DNA from: Nitrosopumilaceae archaeon
GTDB taxonomy: Archaea > Thermoproteota > Nitrososphaeria > Nitrososphaerales > Nitrosopumilaceae
Reading direction: 5' to 3'
Assembly: GCA_965214835.1 (NCBI GenBank)
Contig: CBDCCK010000002.1
Location: 704,001-768,000 of the forward strand
Length of the DNA stretch: 64,000 nt
Shown: piece after piece, positions 1-10,991 of the stretch
Numbering within the stretch: the stretch's first letter is position 1
Layout of the letters: the number at the start of each line of letters is the position of its first letter
Translations under genes and position numbers: made by a program
Notes under the pieces: model-generated
What the model was told of the DNA's origin: nothing
Database searches by the model: none
The model's input: the letters and a program-made list of their open reading frames with translations, nothing else

Positions 1-110
1 TGGGTCGACGGCCTTTCATGTTGATGCTATACAGGCATCGTATTTGATCAGCATGATCGCAATATGTTAAGCAGGTTGTCAAAACACGTCAAAACTAGGT
101 GACCTCGTAC

Positions 111-948
111 CAGAAGCTTGACGTCGACATTGCAGAGAACATAATTACGGTGCGCGACAAGACCCGTAACCTGGTCATGATAGCCGATGCCACGGGCCTC
201 GCAGCACAACCGGGGCGAGTGGATACGCAAGAAATGGAAGGTAAGGCGCGGATTTGTCAAGATGCACCTGATGGTCGACGCAGACACCAAGCAGGTGCTG
301 GCAGTAGCCGTCACAGACGAGGCAGTCGGCGACAGCACGGAGCTGAAGGAACTGCTTGATGAGGCGTCCAGGAACATCAAGGAAGAGGAGAAAAATTGCA
401 CCGACAGCGCAGACGCAGTCAAGAATATCAAGGAAGAGGAGAAAAATTGCACCGACAGCGCAGACGCAGTCAAGATCCCCAACATGCTTGCAGACGGGAC
501 ATCGCCGCTGGCGCGGCTCGGCACCGGCGAGAACCAGGACATGCCGGGCAAGATCCTGCTTGCAGACGGCGGATACGGTTCAAGGAAAAACATAGCCGAG
601 TGCCACAAGCGAGGCATAAGGCCACTCATACGGCTCTTGACAAGCTGCAATGCAAAGGGCAGGGGCAGCGGCGACAAGTGGGGCCTGCTGGTGCGATGGC
701 AGCTCGGGGGCGGCCCCGAGGAGCCGGTGGGCAGCCTATCAAAGGAGGAGAGGCAGGAGAACCTGCGGTACTGGAAGAGCACGATCGGCTTTGGCATCAG
801 ATGGATCGTCGAGATCGTGATATCGGCCATAAAGCGCATGTTTGGCGAGGACGTAAAGGCCCTCAAGTGGTCCAATATAGTGCAGGAGGTAAAGTTGAGG
901 ATATGGCTGTACAACAAGTGGATCGCAGAGGCGGTGGCTGCCGTGTAG
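111..948 (+). pseudogene. IS5-family (IS903/ISH1-like) transposase, 5'-truncated and frameshifted
   Basis: ADATGL in one frame, then GEWIRKKW..RRGFVKMHL and LLADGGY..R-W-VE in another; probable right end near 1000-1014 (ttatgcaacaagct). Confidence 0.75.
370..471 (+). repeat. 51-bp in-frame tandem duplication inside the transposase
   Basis: (R/K)NIKEEEKNCTDSADAV encoded twice, 370-420 and 421-471. Confidence 0.9.
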
Positions 949-1028
949 GAACCGAGCGCCGGTAGTAATCCGGAAGAATTGGCTGGGCTCTAGTCGGAGT
1001 TATGCAACAAGCTACTACGTGAAGAATA

Positions 1029-2738
1029 GACCTTATGCGTAATCGACCGGATCGAAATATTCCGACGGTGGCCGGCCACACATGCAAGGCTGACGGCATC
1101 ACATGACGTGTATGAGGGCGGCAGAGTCCGTATATAGTGCAGCTACGAGCCATTACAGCTGGTAAAAACTACAGTATAGTGCGGCATCGTGTGGCGCCGC
1201 AATGCGCTCCGTATCGTGGTATCAGAACCCATGCATGAGCTTCTTGTTCCGCTTGTCCCACAGCAGCCTAAAGTTGGCAAGCCCGGCCGTCACCTGGAAC
1301 TCCCTGTCGAACTCCTCGGCGGTCCCGTCGTACGGATCACGCATCCGCTTGTACTGCTTTATCCGTCCTATGGCGTGCTCTACTGTCACCCTCTTGCTGC
1401 TTATCCTCCTGTTCTGCGCTTTCTGTTTCTTTGTAAGCTTGCCTTTCCTTGGCTTCTTGTCGGGCTGCACGGATGTGGCCCCGGGATACACCTCCTCGAT
1501 TCCCATGTATCCCAGGTCAGAGAACATCTTTACCTTCTCGTCCTCGGGGTGCTTTCTGTTGCTGCGCATCCTGGCAGTCAGGATTCCCAGATCCGGTGGG
1601 TTGTTCTTTATCATGGTGAGGTCGTGCGTGCTTCCGGGCGCCGACTTGCTTGCATACATCGCCAGTCCCTTCTTGTCGGCAATCACCTGGGTGTTGCGCG
1701 TAAAGCTCTTCTTCTTGCCAGAGTATGCCTCCTTTCTTGGCTCCTTGTCTGTGGGGCGCTGTATGTCGATGTGCGTGCCGTCTACAATCACGGTCAGATC
1801 CGGGACGATCTTCTTGACTTCCTTGATCGTGCGGGCGTTTCGTATCTTTCGCGATACGGCGTCCGGCGTGGGCAGTATCTTGGTGAATATCATGTCGCAA
1901 TACCTGAGGTACCTGCATACGGTGCTCTGGTCTATGCCAAAGAATGCCGCAAGCTGCTCCTGTGTCGGGTTTCCGTACTTGCGCATCAGCGACATCAGCA
2001 GGGCGTGGCGGTAGGACAGCTTGCACCGGTTTCCGGGCAAGTTGTCCTCGTCTTCTGAGAACAGGGGGCCTTCTGTGTGCTTTTTGGCAAGCTTCGTAAA
2101 CCGGTCATATATGTAGTCAAACTGGCGGAGGTTCATCGACGTGGTGGGCTGCAGGGACCCGCCACCGATTATGTCATCGAGCACCTCGAGCCTGTGCATG
2201 AGGGCGGCGTTGTCCGCGGAGCGCCTGTCGTCATCCCAGGTTGCGGGCCACATCCGGCGCTCGGCGTCCAGCTGCTGTTCCAGCTGCCCTATCCTCTCCT
2301 GATCCCACTCCTGCCTCCTGCCGTCCTGCCTGCTCTTCTTCTCGTACTCTCTGATCTCCTTCCTGTACTGCATCCTCTCCGTCCTGTCCCGCGCCTTCTT
2401 CCTGTCCTGCCTGCTCTTCTTCTCGTGCCTCTTGATCCTCTTCTCATACTTCTTGATCTTCTTTTTGTCCCGCGCCTTCTCCTTCCTGTCCTGTACCTTC
2501 TTCTCGTACTGCTCGATTCTCTTCTTCAGCAGTCGTATCTGCTCGGTCTCGGACTTTGCCATTACTCTTATGCGAGAATGGATCCCGGATCTAAATCAAT
2601 CGTCTGAAAATAGTTGTGGTTTTGATCAAATATTTTCAACGTTGTAAGGTACAGTCGCGCGTGCGCCGGCCCTGACTTGCCTCATTTGTAGCCCGTGCGC
2701 CAGGGGCATCGCCGCTAATTTCGTTTACGCATAAGGTC
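1029..2738 (-). mobile_element. IS5/ISL2-like (DDE_Tnp_4) element, copy A1
   Basis: TIRs GACCTTATGCGTAA / TTACGCATAAGGTC flanked by TA; near-identical to 46901-48616 in inverted orientation. Confidence 0.9.
1222..2562 (-). CDS. Transposase (HTH_Tnp_4 + DDE_Tnp_4) with charged N-terminal extension
   Basis: FGIDQSTVCRY HTH; IVDGTH, YSGKKK, SDLGY, RVTVEHAIGRIK. Confidence 0.9.
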   Translation of the reverse strand: MAKSETEQIRLLKKRIEQYEKKVQDRKEKARDKKKIKKYEKRIKRHEKKSRQDRKKARDRTERMQYRKEIREYEKKSRQDGRRQEWDQERIGQLEQQLDAERRMWPATWDDDRRSADNAALMHRLEVLDDIIGGGSLQPTTSMNLRQFDYIYDRFTKLAKKHTEGPLFSEDEDNLPGNRCKLSYRHALLMSLMRKYGNPTQEQLAAFFGIDQSTVCRYLRYCDMIFTKILPTPDAVSRKIRNARTIKEVKKIVPDLTVIVDGTHIDIQRPTDKEPRKEAYSGKKKSFTRNTQVIADKKGLAMYASKSAPGSTHDLTMIKNNPPDLGILTARMRSNRKHPEDEKVKMFSDLGYMGIEEVYPGATSVQPDKKPRKGKLTKKQKAQNRRISSKRVTVEHAIGRIKQYKRMRDPYDGTAEEFDREFQVTAGLANFRLLWDKRNKKLMHGF

Positions 2739-2767
2739 TATTATTCCCTGATGAAGTTAGAAGAATA

Positions 2768-3271
2768 ATGGTACATGAGAAAATTCACATGAAAAAATAC
2801 GATGATGCCCTCAAAGAACTGCAGGGAGAAGATTGCCAGGCATATCTTAATGGTGAACCTTTGCAGTTTCGAACCAAAAGCGATTTTTGTAAATTCAAAA
2901 GCAAGTACATGCCCAAATCTTTTAGAGATGTACTGTATGATGAAGAACGTAAAGCAGGAATTGACAGACTTTATGAAAAACTAAGCAACAGCTCACATGC
3001 CAATATAACACGTAATACCACGGCAGTAGGCTATGAGCCCAGAAATACTGAGATATTTTTTGAGTTTCTAAAGATCCTGTCTTACTTTAACATAGAGGCC
3101 TACTTGGAAAGCAACTTTGGTTTGTTGCATCGCTTGAATCTAATCCAAAAGTCAAAAGATTTTCTAAACATGACGGCTGAAAAGTTTGGAACCATAATGT
3201 CTGATGTGTACTTTATTCCAAACAATGGTGATTTGTCTTCAAGATTAAAATTAAAACCTATTTCAAGATAG
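2768..3271 (+). CDS. AT-rich hypothetical protein, probably 5'-truncated by the adjacent IS
   Basis: 167-aa ORF with low GC, starting 30 bp after the IS end. Confidence 0.5.
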   Translation: MVHEKIHMKKYDDALKELQGEDCQAYLNGEPLQFRTKSDFCKFKSKYMPKSFRDVLYDEERKAGIDRLYEKLSNSSHANITRNTTAVGYEPRNTEIFFEFLKILSYFNIEAYLESNFGLLHRLNLIQKSKDFLNMTAEKFGTIMSDVYFIPNNGDLSSRLKLKPISR

Positions 3272-3354
3272 ATTCCTTCTTTGTTACGTCTATAGTATTG
3301 CCATATCTTGACAAATCAGGCCATACTGCCTCGATCCCGTGCACATCAACGTCA

Positions 3355-4250
3355 TCACACCGAAGACGGACGTGCAACTGCGTCAATCCCCATATCCCGT
3401 ATGGCCTTTGCCAGCCTTTGTCCCTGCCCTCCGCGTACGGAGTCTGTCACAACGTGCTTTGGCCCTGCCTTTTTCACATATTCGATTATCGACGCATAGT
3501 CCGCATGATCCATGAACTCTATCTTATAGTCGCCGTTCTTTTTGATGGTGGTACCCGCTCCCAGAAACCTCCCACCCAGGTTGAAGACGGCCGTCCGCAG
3601 TCCCTTGAGGTCCGGCGCCACCAGGATGCATACCACCCTGCACCGGAACAGGCCCGAGTGGTTCTGCCTCATCGACGTCTCTGCGCGCTCTAATTTTTCG
3701 TACTCGGCTGCTGCAGACTTTGAGCGCAGCGAGGACTCGTAGACCAGCTCCTTTCTCTTGCGTATGCCCTCGAGCGCGTCCTGGTGCCGCACGGGCTCTA
3801 TCCAGATGTCCACCTCGTGGCATGCGGGAAATATCCCCGTCGCAATCCACCCCCACGCAATTTCGTAGGGGAGGCGGCGCAGCGTAAAGCACTTTGCCAC
3901 CGCGGCCGCCCCGTCGCCGACATCCACGTCCATGTGGCGCCAGCCCTCGCGCAGTATCCTGATCTGCCCGTGCCCGCCGATATCGGCGGTATACTCGTAG
4001 CGCAGCGCATCAAATATCCGGTTGAGCGGCTCGCCGCTTGAGACATACAGCTGCAGTATGGGCATCCCCACCATCTGCCCGTCCACGGGATTGTCAGCAT
4101 CTTTCTTGCCAGCCTTATCCGAATCGGCTTGGATATCACGCGCAGCAGATCAAAGAACTCGCCCAGATTCTTGCGCTGCTTTTGCTCGGGAAGCGTGACA
4201 AAGTTTGTCGGCGTTACGGTATAGTGGTACGAGAACCTCACACCAGACAA
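3355..4250 (-). pseudogene. Frameshifted, probably chimeric gene remnant (ICE-type N-terminus, possible beta-CASP-like C-terminus)
   Basis: ORFs 3798-4250 and 3355-4086 overlap with a frame change near 4085; C-terminus DHADY..IIEYV..P.HVVT resembles the RMMBL tail. Confidence 0.4.
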
Positions 4251-4289
4251 GCGGGCCCGGCCTTAAAAGGGCGGCACCGCTTGACGCGT

Positions 4290-5774
4290 GTGGAGCACCA
4301 TGCCGGGGAGTTCAGCATAGCGCGGTTTGAGACCAGCGATCCGGGAGACGTTATAGGGTCATACGGGGTAAACGGTGCTACCGTACACATAACGCGTGAC
4401 GGCAGGTACCTCGTGTCCGAGCCCGCACTGAGCGCCAGGGCGGAGAGGGTGTGGCGGGGACTGATGGAGAACCTGTACTATTCGTTTGCGGACACGCACG
4501 TGGGGGATGCCGTGCAGGCGGTAAAGGACAGGCTCGAGGAGGAGGCAAGGCAGACGGCGGTGCTCGACATATACGGGGCAGAAAAGGAGGCAATCGAGTA
4601 CTATCTGATACGCGACATCGCCGGATACAGGGAGCTTGACGTGCTGATGAGGGATCCGGGCATAGAGGATATAATATGCACCAGGTTTGACAGGGAGGTG
4701 GCAGTCATCCACCGCGACCACCCGGAGGCCGAGATGCTCAAGACCAACATCAGGTTTGCAACGCAGGAATCCCTTGACGGCCTGCTGCAGATAATGGCCC
4801 AGCGCAACGGCACGGCCCCCACGATATCCAAGCCCATATCGTACTGTTCCACCCACGACAACGACAGGATAACCATAACGTGGAAGGACGAGGTCTCAAG
4901 GCCCGGATCCACGCTTGCGATCAGAAAGTTTCCAAGGGAGCCGTATACGATAACGCACCTGCTGGAATCCGGCGTGCTCAGCCCCCTGCTTGCCGCATAC
5001 GTCTGGGTGATGAACGACGCAAGATCGTTCTCCTTCATAGTAGGCGAGACGGGCTCGGGCAAGACGACCATGATAAACGCCCTTGCCTGCATGATGCACC
5101 CCCGGTGGCACGTGCTGACCATCGAGGAGACGCGGGAGCTGAGCATACCGCACTACTGGAACGAGTACATGGTCACGCGGGCCAGCCCGCACCTTGCCAA
5201 GTCGGATTACGACATTGATATAATGGGCCTCGGCATGGCCGCGCTGAGAAAAAAGCCGCACTATGTCATAGTCGGCGAGGTCCGCGGAAGGGAGGCGCAG
5301 CAGCTGTTCCAGGTCGCGCTCACCGGGCACGGGTGCGTATCCAGCATACATGCGCCCGGCGCAGGCGACCTGATGGTCAGGCTGGGCGGCGACGAGATGG
5401 GAGTCACGCAGACCCAGCAGGCAAGCATAGACTATCTTATCCAGATACAGAAGGTGAAGACGGGCAGGGAAACCGTGGCAAGGAGGGTCACAAGTGTAAC
5501 GGAGGTGGCCGGGGGAGCCGTCCCGGAGCTGCACGAGCTGTTCTCGTATGATCCGGCAGCGGAGTCGTTCCTGCCGGGCGACATAGATGACGTGGTATCT
5601 AACAGCGTAAAGATAAGGGATGCCACCAAATTTCTCGGCATAGATGACATCGGGAAAGACATAGGGAGGCGCATCTCGCTTCTTGACGAGTGCGTGAGGA
5701 GCAGGGCGCACAGCGTGCGCGACGTGTTTGGGATAACCTCCAGATACTACGGCGTGGCATCGCCTGGCTCCTGA
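4290..5774 (+). CDS. Type II/IV secretion ATPase (VirB11/FlaI family)
   Basis: Walker A GETGSGKTT, TIEETREL, ALRKKPHYVIVGEVRG, TGHG..SSIHA; start position inferred. Confidence 0.9.
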   Translation: MEHHAGEFSIARFETSDPGDVIGSYGVNGATVHITRDGRYLVSEPALSARAERVWRGLMENLYYSFADTHVGDAVQAVKDRLEEEARQTAVLDIYGAEKEAIEYYLIRDIAGYRELDVLMRDPGIEDIICTRFDREVAVIHRDHPEAEMLKTNIRFATQESLDGLLQIMAQRNGTAPTISKPISYCSTHDNDRITITWKDEVSRPGSTLAIRKFPREPYTITHLLESGVLSPLLAAYVWVMNDARSFSFIVGETGSGKTTMINALACMMHPRWHVLTIEETRELSIPHYWNEYMVTRASPHLAKSDYDIDIMGLGMAALRKKPHYVIVGEVRGREAQQLFQVALTGHGCVSSIHAPGAGDLMVRLGGDEMGVTQTQQASIDYLIQIQKVKTGRETVARRVTSVTEVAGGAVPELHELFSYDPAAESFLPGDIDDVVSNSVKIRDATKFLGIDDIGKDIGRRISLLDECVRSRAHSVRDVFGITSRYYGVASPGS

Positions 5775-5779
5775 GTATA

Positions 5780-6181
5780 TCAGTTACTGTTTGATTCTAG
5801 GAACCTCTCGTTTGAGAGTATCGCAGTACCGTGAAGCGCGGCAAACATGTACGCTACTGCCATGCTTGCACCCGGGTCAAACTCATGCGTGACGATGACG
5901 GGCAGCGATGCAACGCATGCCGTCTCAACTACTGCGGTTATCAGCCAAGAGATTCTGATTGAGAATTTCCTGTATACCGCGGACAGTATGATGCTCTGCT
6001 CGTGTCCTGGTATGCGGAAGCTGTTCGCAAACGTGATGCGCAGATCCAGATACATGGCAGATGCCCACATCCCGAGTATTGCCGGTATGGAGGCCCAGTC
6101 TATATCGGGCCTTGTAAAAAAATACAAAAAGAGTATGGAGGCCGAGGATATGATCCCGGCACGGTCAGGGGCGCGGAACAA
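5780..6181 (-). CDS. Membrane protein
   Basis: Several hydrophobic segments; overlaps the stop of the upstream minus-strand gene. Confidence 0.6.
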   Translation of the reverse strand: MFRAPDRAGIISSASILFLYFFTRPDIDWASIPAILGMWASAMYLDLRITFANSFRIPGHEQSIILSAVYRKFSIRISWLITAVVETACVASLPVIVTHEFDPGASMAVAYMFAALHGTAILSNERFLESNSN

Positions 6182-6470
6182 ACCTGTACTGGATGCCCTT
6201 TATCCCAAAGGCAACTATGATCACCACGGCCCCACCTATCCGTATCGCGTTGAGGGCTATGCTTATCAGGCCCGTGACGTCCTCTGAGAATATCGCGTTC
6301 TCCTGACACTGCTCGTCCTCGCCCACCGCACAGAACGTGTTGATGTCGACCCCCATGAGGGGCGCTATGATTGTAGGTGCGGCAATGATGAATATCATCG
6401 CGACGAAGGCCTTCTTTCCGAACCTGACAAGGTCTCCCTTGCTCTTTCCCTCGTCATCGTCTCCGAACAT
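6165..6470 (-). CDS. Small two-TM pilin/VirB2-like protein
   Basis: Two hydrophobic helices; adjacent to the VirB11-like ATPase; start inferred. Confidence 0.45.
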   Translation of the reverse strand: MFGDDDEGKSKGDLVRFGKKAFVAMIFIIAAPTIIAPLMGVDINTFCAVGEDEQCQENAIFSEDVTGLISIALNAIRIGGAVVIIVAFGIKGIQYRFVPRP

Positions 6471-6517
6471 GGTGTGTATGATGCCGTTTGATTTAAGGGG
6501 CAAAAGATGACGTAGCG

Positions 6518-6605
6518 TAGTGTCTGCACCAAATAATTGATCATGTTTTTGACACATCGTGCCTATTTTGATACAAAACTGCTTGGTTTTCAATCGTAGA
6601 CACTA
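6518..6605. mobile_element. 88-bp TA-flanked MITE (family M1)
   Basis: Ends TAGTGTCT / AGACACTA; core ttttgacaYatcgtgcctattttgata shared with 8636-8723 and, inverted, 33438-33596. Confidence 0.75.
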
Positions 6606-6812
6606 CGTATTTCTAACTACTGAACCAATAGCTCGATTGTACCGACGACTAGCTTCCACTTCATCTATTATTTTGTAAAACTTTTCACCATCTGTGCCAA
6701 TACTTGCTTCTCCTATAATTTTTTCATCTTCAAGCTTTTTCCTTACCTCCTCTACAGTGTTAGGTGACGATACTTGAGGCAAATTCTGTATCATTTGCTT
6801 GTCTGAAAATTC

Positions 6813-8447
6813 GTATGAGGTCACCTACCCCTCACAATAGGGTAAACATTACTGACGGTGCTGATCCTTATACTATGATCGCGTAGACTAGGCATTGTGA
6901 AAGGTCAGCTCTCCGCATGCTACGAGATCAAGGCATCTACAGCATCGCCCACGGAGACGATAAAGAATCTAAAAAAGGACCTCAAGGAGCGTGACAATAT
7001 CATTGAGGAGCAGGGCAGGACCATTGAAAGGCTAAACAAGACACTTGAAAAGCGCGACAAGACCATCAGGGAGCAGGACAACCGGCTCCGGTACTACGAG
7101 AACGAGAACTCGCCCCCGTCGGCAGACTCGCTGGAGTGGAAGAGGCAAAAGGCGCAGAGGAGAAAGGAGAGGGCCCGGCCCGATGCTGCAGCCGGGGATG
7201 ACGGCACCGGGGAGGACAGAAAAAAGCCCGGCGGCCAGAAGGGCCACAAGGGCGTATCGCGCACCCACCGGCCCACCAGGGTACAGAAACACTGCTTTCC
7301 GGGTGGACGGGCGCCGGAGTGCAAGTGCGGCACCACCACAGAGATCATGAAAAAGCCGCAGGTGCGCGACATGATAGGATTCAAGATAAAGTACACCGAG
7401 ACGCGCCACGAGACACAGAGGGCAGTGTGCCCGAAATGCGGCACCATGCATACTGCCCCCGACGGCCTGCCCCGACGCGGCAGCTATGACACGAGCGTGG
7501 TCACAGCCGTCACAAAGCTGCGCAGCGAGGGCGTCCCACACAACAGGATCCCGGGTATAATGTCAGATATCCTGGGCGTGCACATGTCAAAGTCAACTGC
7601 AATCAACAGCATAGGACGCGTCTGCGACGCCGCAAAGGCGCCTGCCGAGGCCATCGCAGAGGAGGTAAGAAGCTCAAAGACGGTCTGCATAGACGAGACG
7701 GGGATCAACCTGGCAGGCAGGCTGGGATGGGCGTGGGCCATGCTGTCGGCGGTGGGCGTGTTCATGATATATGCAGACACCAGGAGCGCCCGGATCCTGG
7801 ACCAGTACATGGGCGGGTACGGGGGCGTCGTCACATCGGATGGATATCCCGCATACAAGAGGTTCGGGCTGCTGGGAAGGCTCCAGCGGTGCCGGGCGCA
7901 CGAGCTGCGGTTCCTCCTGTATGGCTCGCAGAAAAAGGGCGCCCTGCTGTTTGCAGGAGTCCTGTACCGGCAGATGCAGCAGCTGTTCAAGGATGCCAGG
8001 GAGTGTCTTGAGGGCTGGGACAAGCTGTCCGGGGAGGATCTCCGGGAGCTCGAGGAGAGGACGGGGATAAGCAGTGCCGACGGACTGATGGGGCGGCACT
8101 CGCCGGAGCTGCGCCGGCGGTTTGAGACCAACATGCAGAACATGCTGTTCGGATACGTTGATGCATGGGGCGGCCCGCTGGAGCCCCTTCTCAAGAGGAT
8201 GCACAGGGCCCTGCCGTGCATGTTTGCGTTTCTGGAATACGAGGGTGTCGAGCCGACCAACAATGGTGCAGAGCGGGCGCTGCGCCCCGTCGTACTTCAA
8301 TTCAAGATAAGCGGCCAGATCAAGGGCGGCCTGGTCTGGACGGAGAGGCATGGATGGCTCAATACATGCGTGTCGACATGGAAGCTGCAGGGCAAGTCCA
8401 TCATGGATGAGGTGGCCAAAATAATCTAGGGGTAGGTGACCACATAC
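6813..8447 (+). mobile_element. IS66-family element (single ORF)
   Basis: TIRs GTATGAGGTCACCTACCCC / GGGGTAGGTGACCACATAC; 8-bp TSD gaaaattc. Confidence 0.92.
6897..8429 (+). CDS. IS66 transposase TnpC
   Basis: Coiled coil, NSPPSAD, KPGGQKGHKG, CxxC, IDETG, SDGY, EPTNNGAERALRP. Confidence 0.92.
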   Translation: MKGQLSACYEIKASTASPTETIKNLKKDLKERDNIIEEQGRTIERLNKTLEKRDKTIREQDNRLRYYENENSPPSADSLEWKRQKAQRRKERARPDAAAGDDGTGEDRKKPGGQKGHKGVSRTHRPTRVQKHCFPGGRAPECKCGTTTEIMKKPQVRDMIGFKIKYTETRHETQRAVCPKCGTMHTAPDGLPRRGSYDTSVVTAVTKLRSEGVPHNRIPGIMSDILGVHMSKSTAINSIGRVCDAAKAPAEAIAEEVRSSKTVCIDETGINLAGRLGWAWAMLSAVGVFMIYADTRSARILDQYMGGYGGVVTSDGYPAYKRFGLLGRLQRCRAHELRFLLYGSQKKGALLFAGVLYRQMQQLFKDARECLEGWDKLSGEDLRELEERTGISSADGLMGRHSPELRRRFETNMQNMLFGYVDAWGGPLEPLLKRMHRALPCMFAFLEYEGVEPTNNGAERALRPVVLQFKISGQIKGGLVWTERHGWLNTCVSTWKLQGKSIMDEVAKII

Positions 8448-8635
8448 GAAAATTCTCTTAGAATGTTGTCTTTACCCAAAAGAATCAATTCTAAAAAATC
8501 TTTTGCAGCCTTGTCTTTTTCTGACTTGTCTCGTTCTGGTTTACCAGCTTCGTTTTCCAACAATATGTGGAGATATTTGCTAATATAATACCATGACGAT
8601 AAAACCTAGGTGTGAAGTCACCGCCCCATAGTGCA

Positions 8636-8723
8636 TAGTGCGCACATCAAAAAAATGGACCGTAATTTTGACATATCGTGCCTATTTTGATAAAAAATGT
8701 CCGGATTTCAACTGTGCGCACTA
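8636..8723. mobile_element. 88-bp TA-flanked MITE (family M1)
   Basis: Ends TAGTGCGCACA / TGTGCGCACTA; followed by a second MITE remnant (to 8807) similar to 34239-34330. Confidence 0.8.
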
Positions 8724-8839
8724 CAGATCAAAAGATCTTGGACACATGTGAATATGAGCTACGCAGGAAGATGCTTTTCGATGATCAGAGACTTTCAATC
8801 GCCACTATGCTTTATTTATCACTACATCTTTTCCTTGCT

Positions 8840-9493
8840 ATGGCGAAGAGTGTTTTTACTGTGGCCGAATCATGCGCCAGTAGCAAAAACCATGTAAACG
8901 TGAATGCAGTAATTCTGTTGGGATTTTTTTTATTGCTCTCAAGTATGGCGGTCATTGACTCTGTGTATGCAGAACAAGAGACACAGATTCTCATAACAGG
9001 TGAGACAAACCCAAAAGTCAGTTTGACGAGCAATCCATACGAATACAGAGTCGAAATTATTGGGGACATACAAAATAGTGGCAAGCTTGAACGTTGTTTT
9101 GGAGGCAACCCTGATTTTTGTGTTTTATCAAGAATTCTGGAGGGTGGCGATGATCGTGTTTTTTATCATCATTTTGACGGAGCTTGGCTTCTATCTAACG
9201 ATTTTTTACAATCGAAGGAAACCATAATGTACAAGAACGGCAAGGCTGTAGGATCATTGGATATTTTCCCTGTAGTCATATCTCAAAGCGTTAGAGTTGA
9301 CCCAGACTTGAGGGAAAAGCTGTCAAACTCATCTATCGATATTTTAGAATACCATGAACAATATGATTCCTCATATGTTGTACTTTTTGAACTATGTCCT
9401 GGCTCTCAAAGCGTTACTTCTCCAGAAATTTTTATAAAATCTGATCGTGGAGTTCAGTCATATACACTAGACTTTATGCGTAATCGACCGTGA
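8840..9493 (+). CDS. Secreted/membrane protein, 3' end cut by IS
   Basis: Hydrophobic signal-like segment; ORF runs into the IS TIR at 9470; upstream ORF extension is MITE sequence. Confidence 0.55.
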   Translation: MAKSVFTVAESCASSKNHVNVNAVILLGFFLLLSSMAVIDSVYAEQETQILITGETNPKVSLTSNPYEYRVEIIGDIQNSGKLERCFGGNPDFCVLSRILEGGDDRVFYHHFDGAWLLSNDFLQSKETIMYKNGKAVGSLDIFPVVISQSVRVDPDLREKLSNSSIDILEYHEQYDSSYVVLFELCPGSQSVTSPEIFIKSDRGVQSYTLDFMRNRP

Positions 9494-10957
9494 TTAAAAA
9501 TTCCGTAGGCTTTTCCAAACGCAAATGCGCTGATCGGATCAAATTACCGCATGCATCTCGTGTCATGACGCACGCAAAAGTCAGTTGCGCCAAAAGAACG
9601 TGCGCAACCATGCAGCACGGCAATGTGCCCCGCTGACAAGTCAGAAAGAATGGCGGTCCGTACCGCCGTATGTCATGTGTCTGGCAGCAGATGCAGCTGC
9701 TGCAGCAGCTGGCCGTAGTGTTTTTTCCTTTTCAGCATAGTCTTGAGGTTCTCAAGACCCGTGATTATCTGCATGAAATAATTGAGATCCTTGGCAGTTC
9801 CGCCAAACGGCATGGTAAGAATGCCATATCTTTTGAGCCGCCCTATGTGGTGCTCCACTCTGACGCGAACCCTGCTTGTCTGCCTGCGGCGCCTCTTTTG
9901 CGTTGCAGTAAGATCCCCGTCCCTGGGCTTCTTTGGGGGCTGCCTGTGTATGGCGCCCGGAAGCATCTTTTGAATGCCCTCAAATCCCAGGTCGCTGAAA
10001 ACGACAAACGCCTCTTCCGGATCGTCTGCGTTTTTTGCATTCCTCATTGATCCGGTGTGCCTTCCAAAGTCCGGGCCGCCCCCTGCGTTCATCACGCCCT
10101 TGTCGTTGACGCTTCCGTCCACAGTCTTGCCGCAGTGCAGTATGAGGCCGTCCAGGTTCGAGGTAATTATCGTGTTGAACATGTGCCGCTTTCTTCTTCC
10201 CGAGTATCTGGTCTTTCTTGCGGTCCTGTCCCCGGGCCTGTCTACCGGAGTCAGGGTGCCGTCAATCAGGAGCGTCTTTTTTGGGATCAGCACCTCCTCC
10301 AGCTTGCCTGCCGGGGTCTTGCAGATGATGCTTGTTAGCTTTTCGGAGGCAGGCAGGAGCTGGCGCAGTAACACGGCACCGTACCGGAGGTACCTGGACA
10401 TTGTGGACTGGTCAATATCAAATGTCGTAGCCAGATGATGCTGCGTTGCCTTGGTCCTTATGCTCATGAGTACTGCAAGCAGCGCGTGCCTGATGTACAG
10501 CTTGCACCGGTTTCCGGCATCGCCGCCTCTTACGTCGTCCTCCCAGAACAGGGGCCTGTCCTCGTCGTCCATGACCGTATCTGTAAAGCGCTCCAGTATG
10601 ATCCCAAACGACTCCCTTGTGCATCCCGTGACGCCGCAGAGGCGCGCCGGGTCGCCGATCATGCCGTCTACAAGCTCGATTGCGTGCATCCGCAGCGTGC
10701 CGCCGCCGACGCCGCGCGCGGCCCTTTCCCCCTGTTCTCCTCGGACTGCCACAACGAGTCCTCGAACGCAAGCCGGTTCCTCAGGCGCTCGTTCTGCTCG
10801 ACTAGCCCCCTGTTCTGTTCCTGCAGCTCATGGAGAAGCCTGTCATCCGGGCCCATACCGTCACAGGGTCATTGCTGATCTTTAGGTTTGCAGGTATGCA
10901 GGCCATGATCTGCCGCGTCATATTTTTAGATCAGATGGGCCAATTACGCATAAAGTC
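9470..10957 (-). mobile_element. IS5/ISL2-like element, copy B1
   Basis: TIRs GACTTTATGCGTAAT / ATTACGCATAAAGTC flanked by TA. Confidence 0.9.
9673..10856 (-). pseudogene. DDE_Tnp_4 transposase with homopolymer frameshift
   Basis: G5 near 10730 versus G6 in intact copy B2 splits it into ORFs 10668-10856 and 9673-10752. Confidence 0.85.
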
Positions 10958-10991
10958 TACTTGCTATTTTAAATAACGAAGTTTTAGAAAG

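Larger units (their letters stand above)
6603..8563 (-). pseudogene. Small AT-rich gene interrupted by IS66
   Basis: Removing the IS and one TSD gives a continuous ORF MLENEAGKPERDK...LREFSDKQMIQNLP...VRNT. Confidence 0.7.

Noticed and set aside
370-471. Third spacer-like insertion scar
   Set aside because: Simple tandem duplication with no intervening unique sequence
1189-2607. Long antisense and alternate-frame ORFs over transposases, here and throughout the window
   Set aside because: Shadow ORFs of GC-rich coding sequence with no motifs
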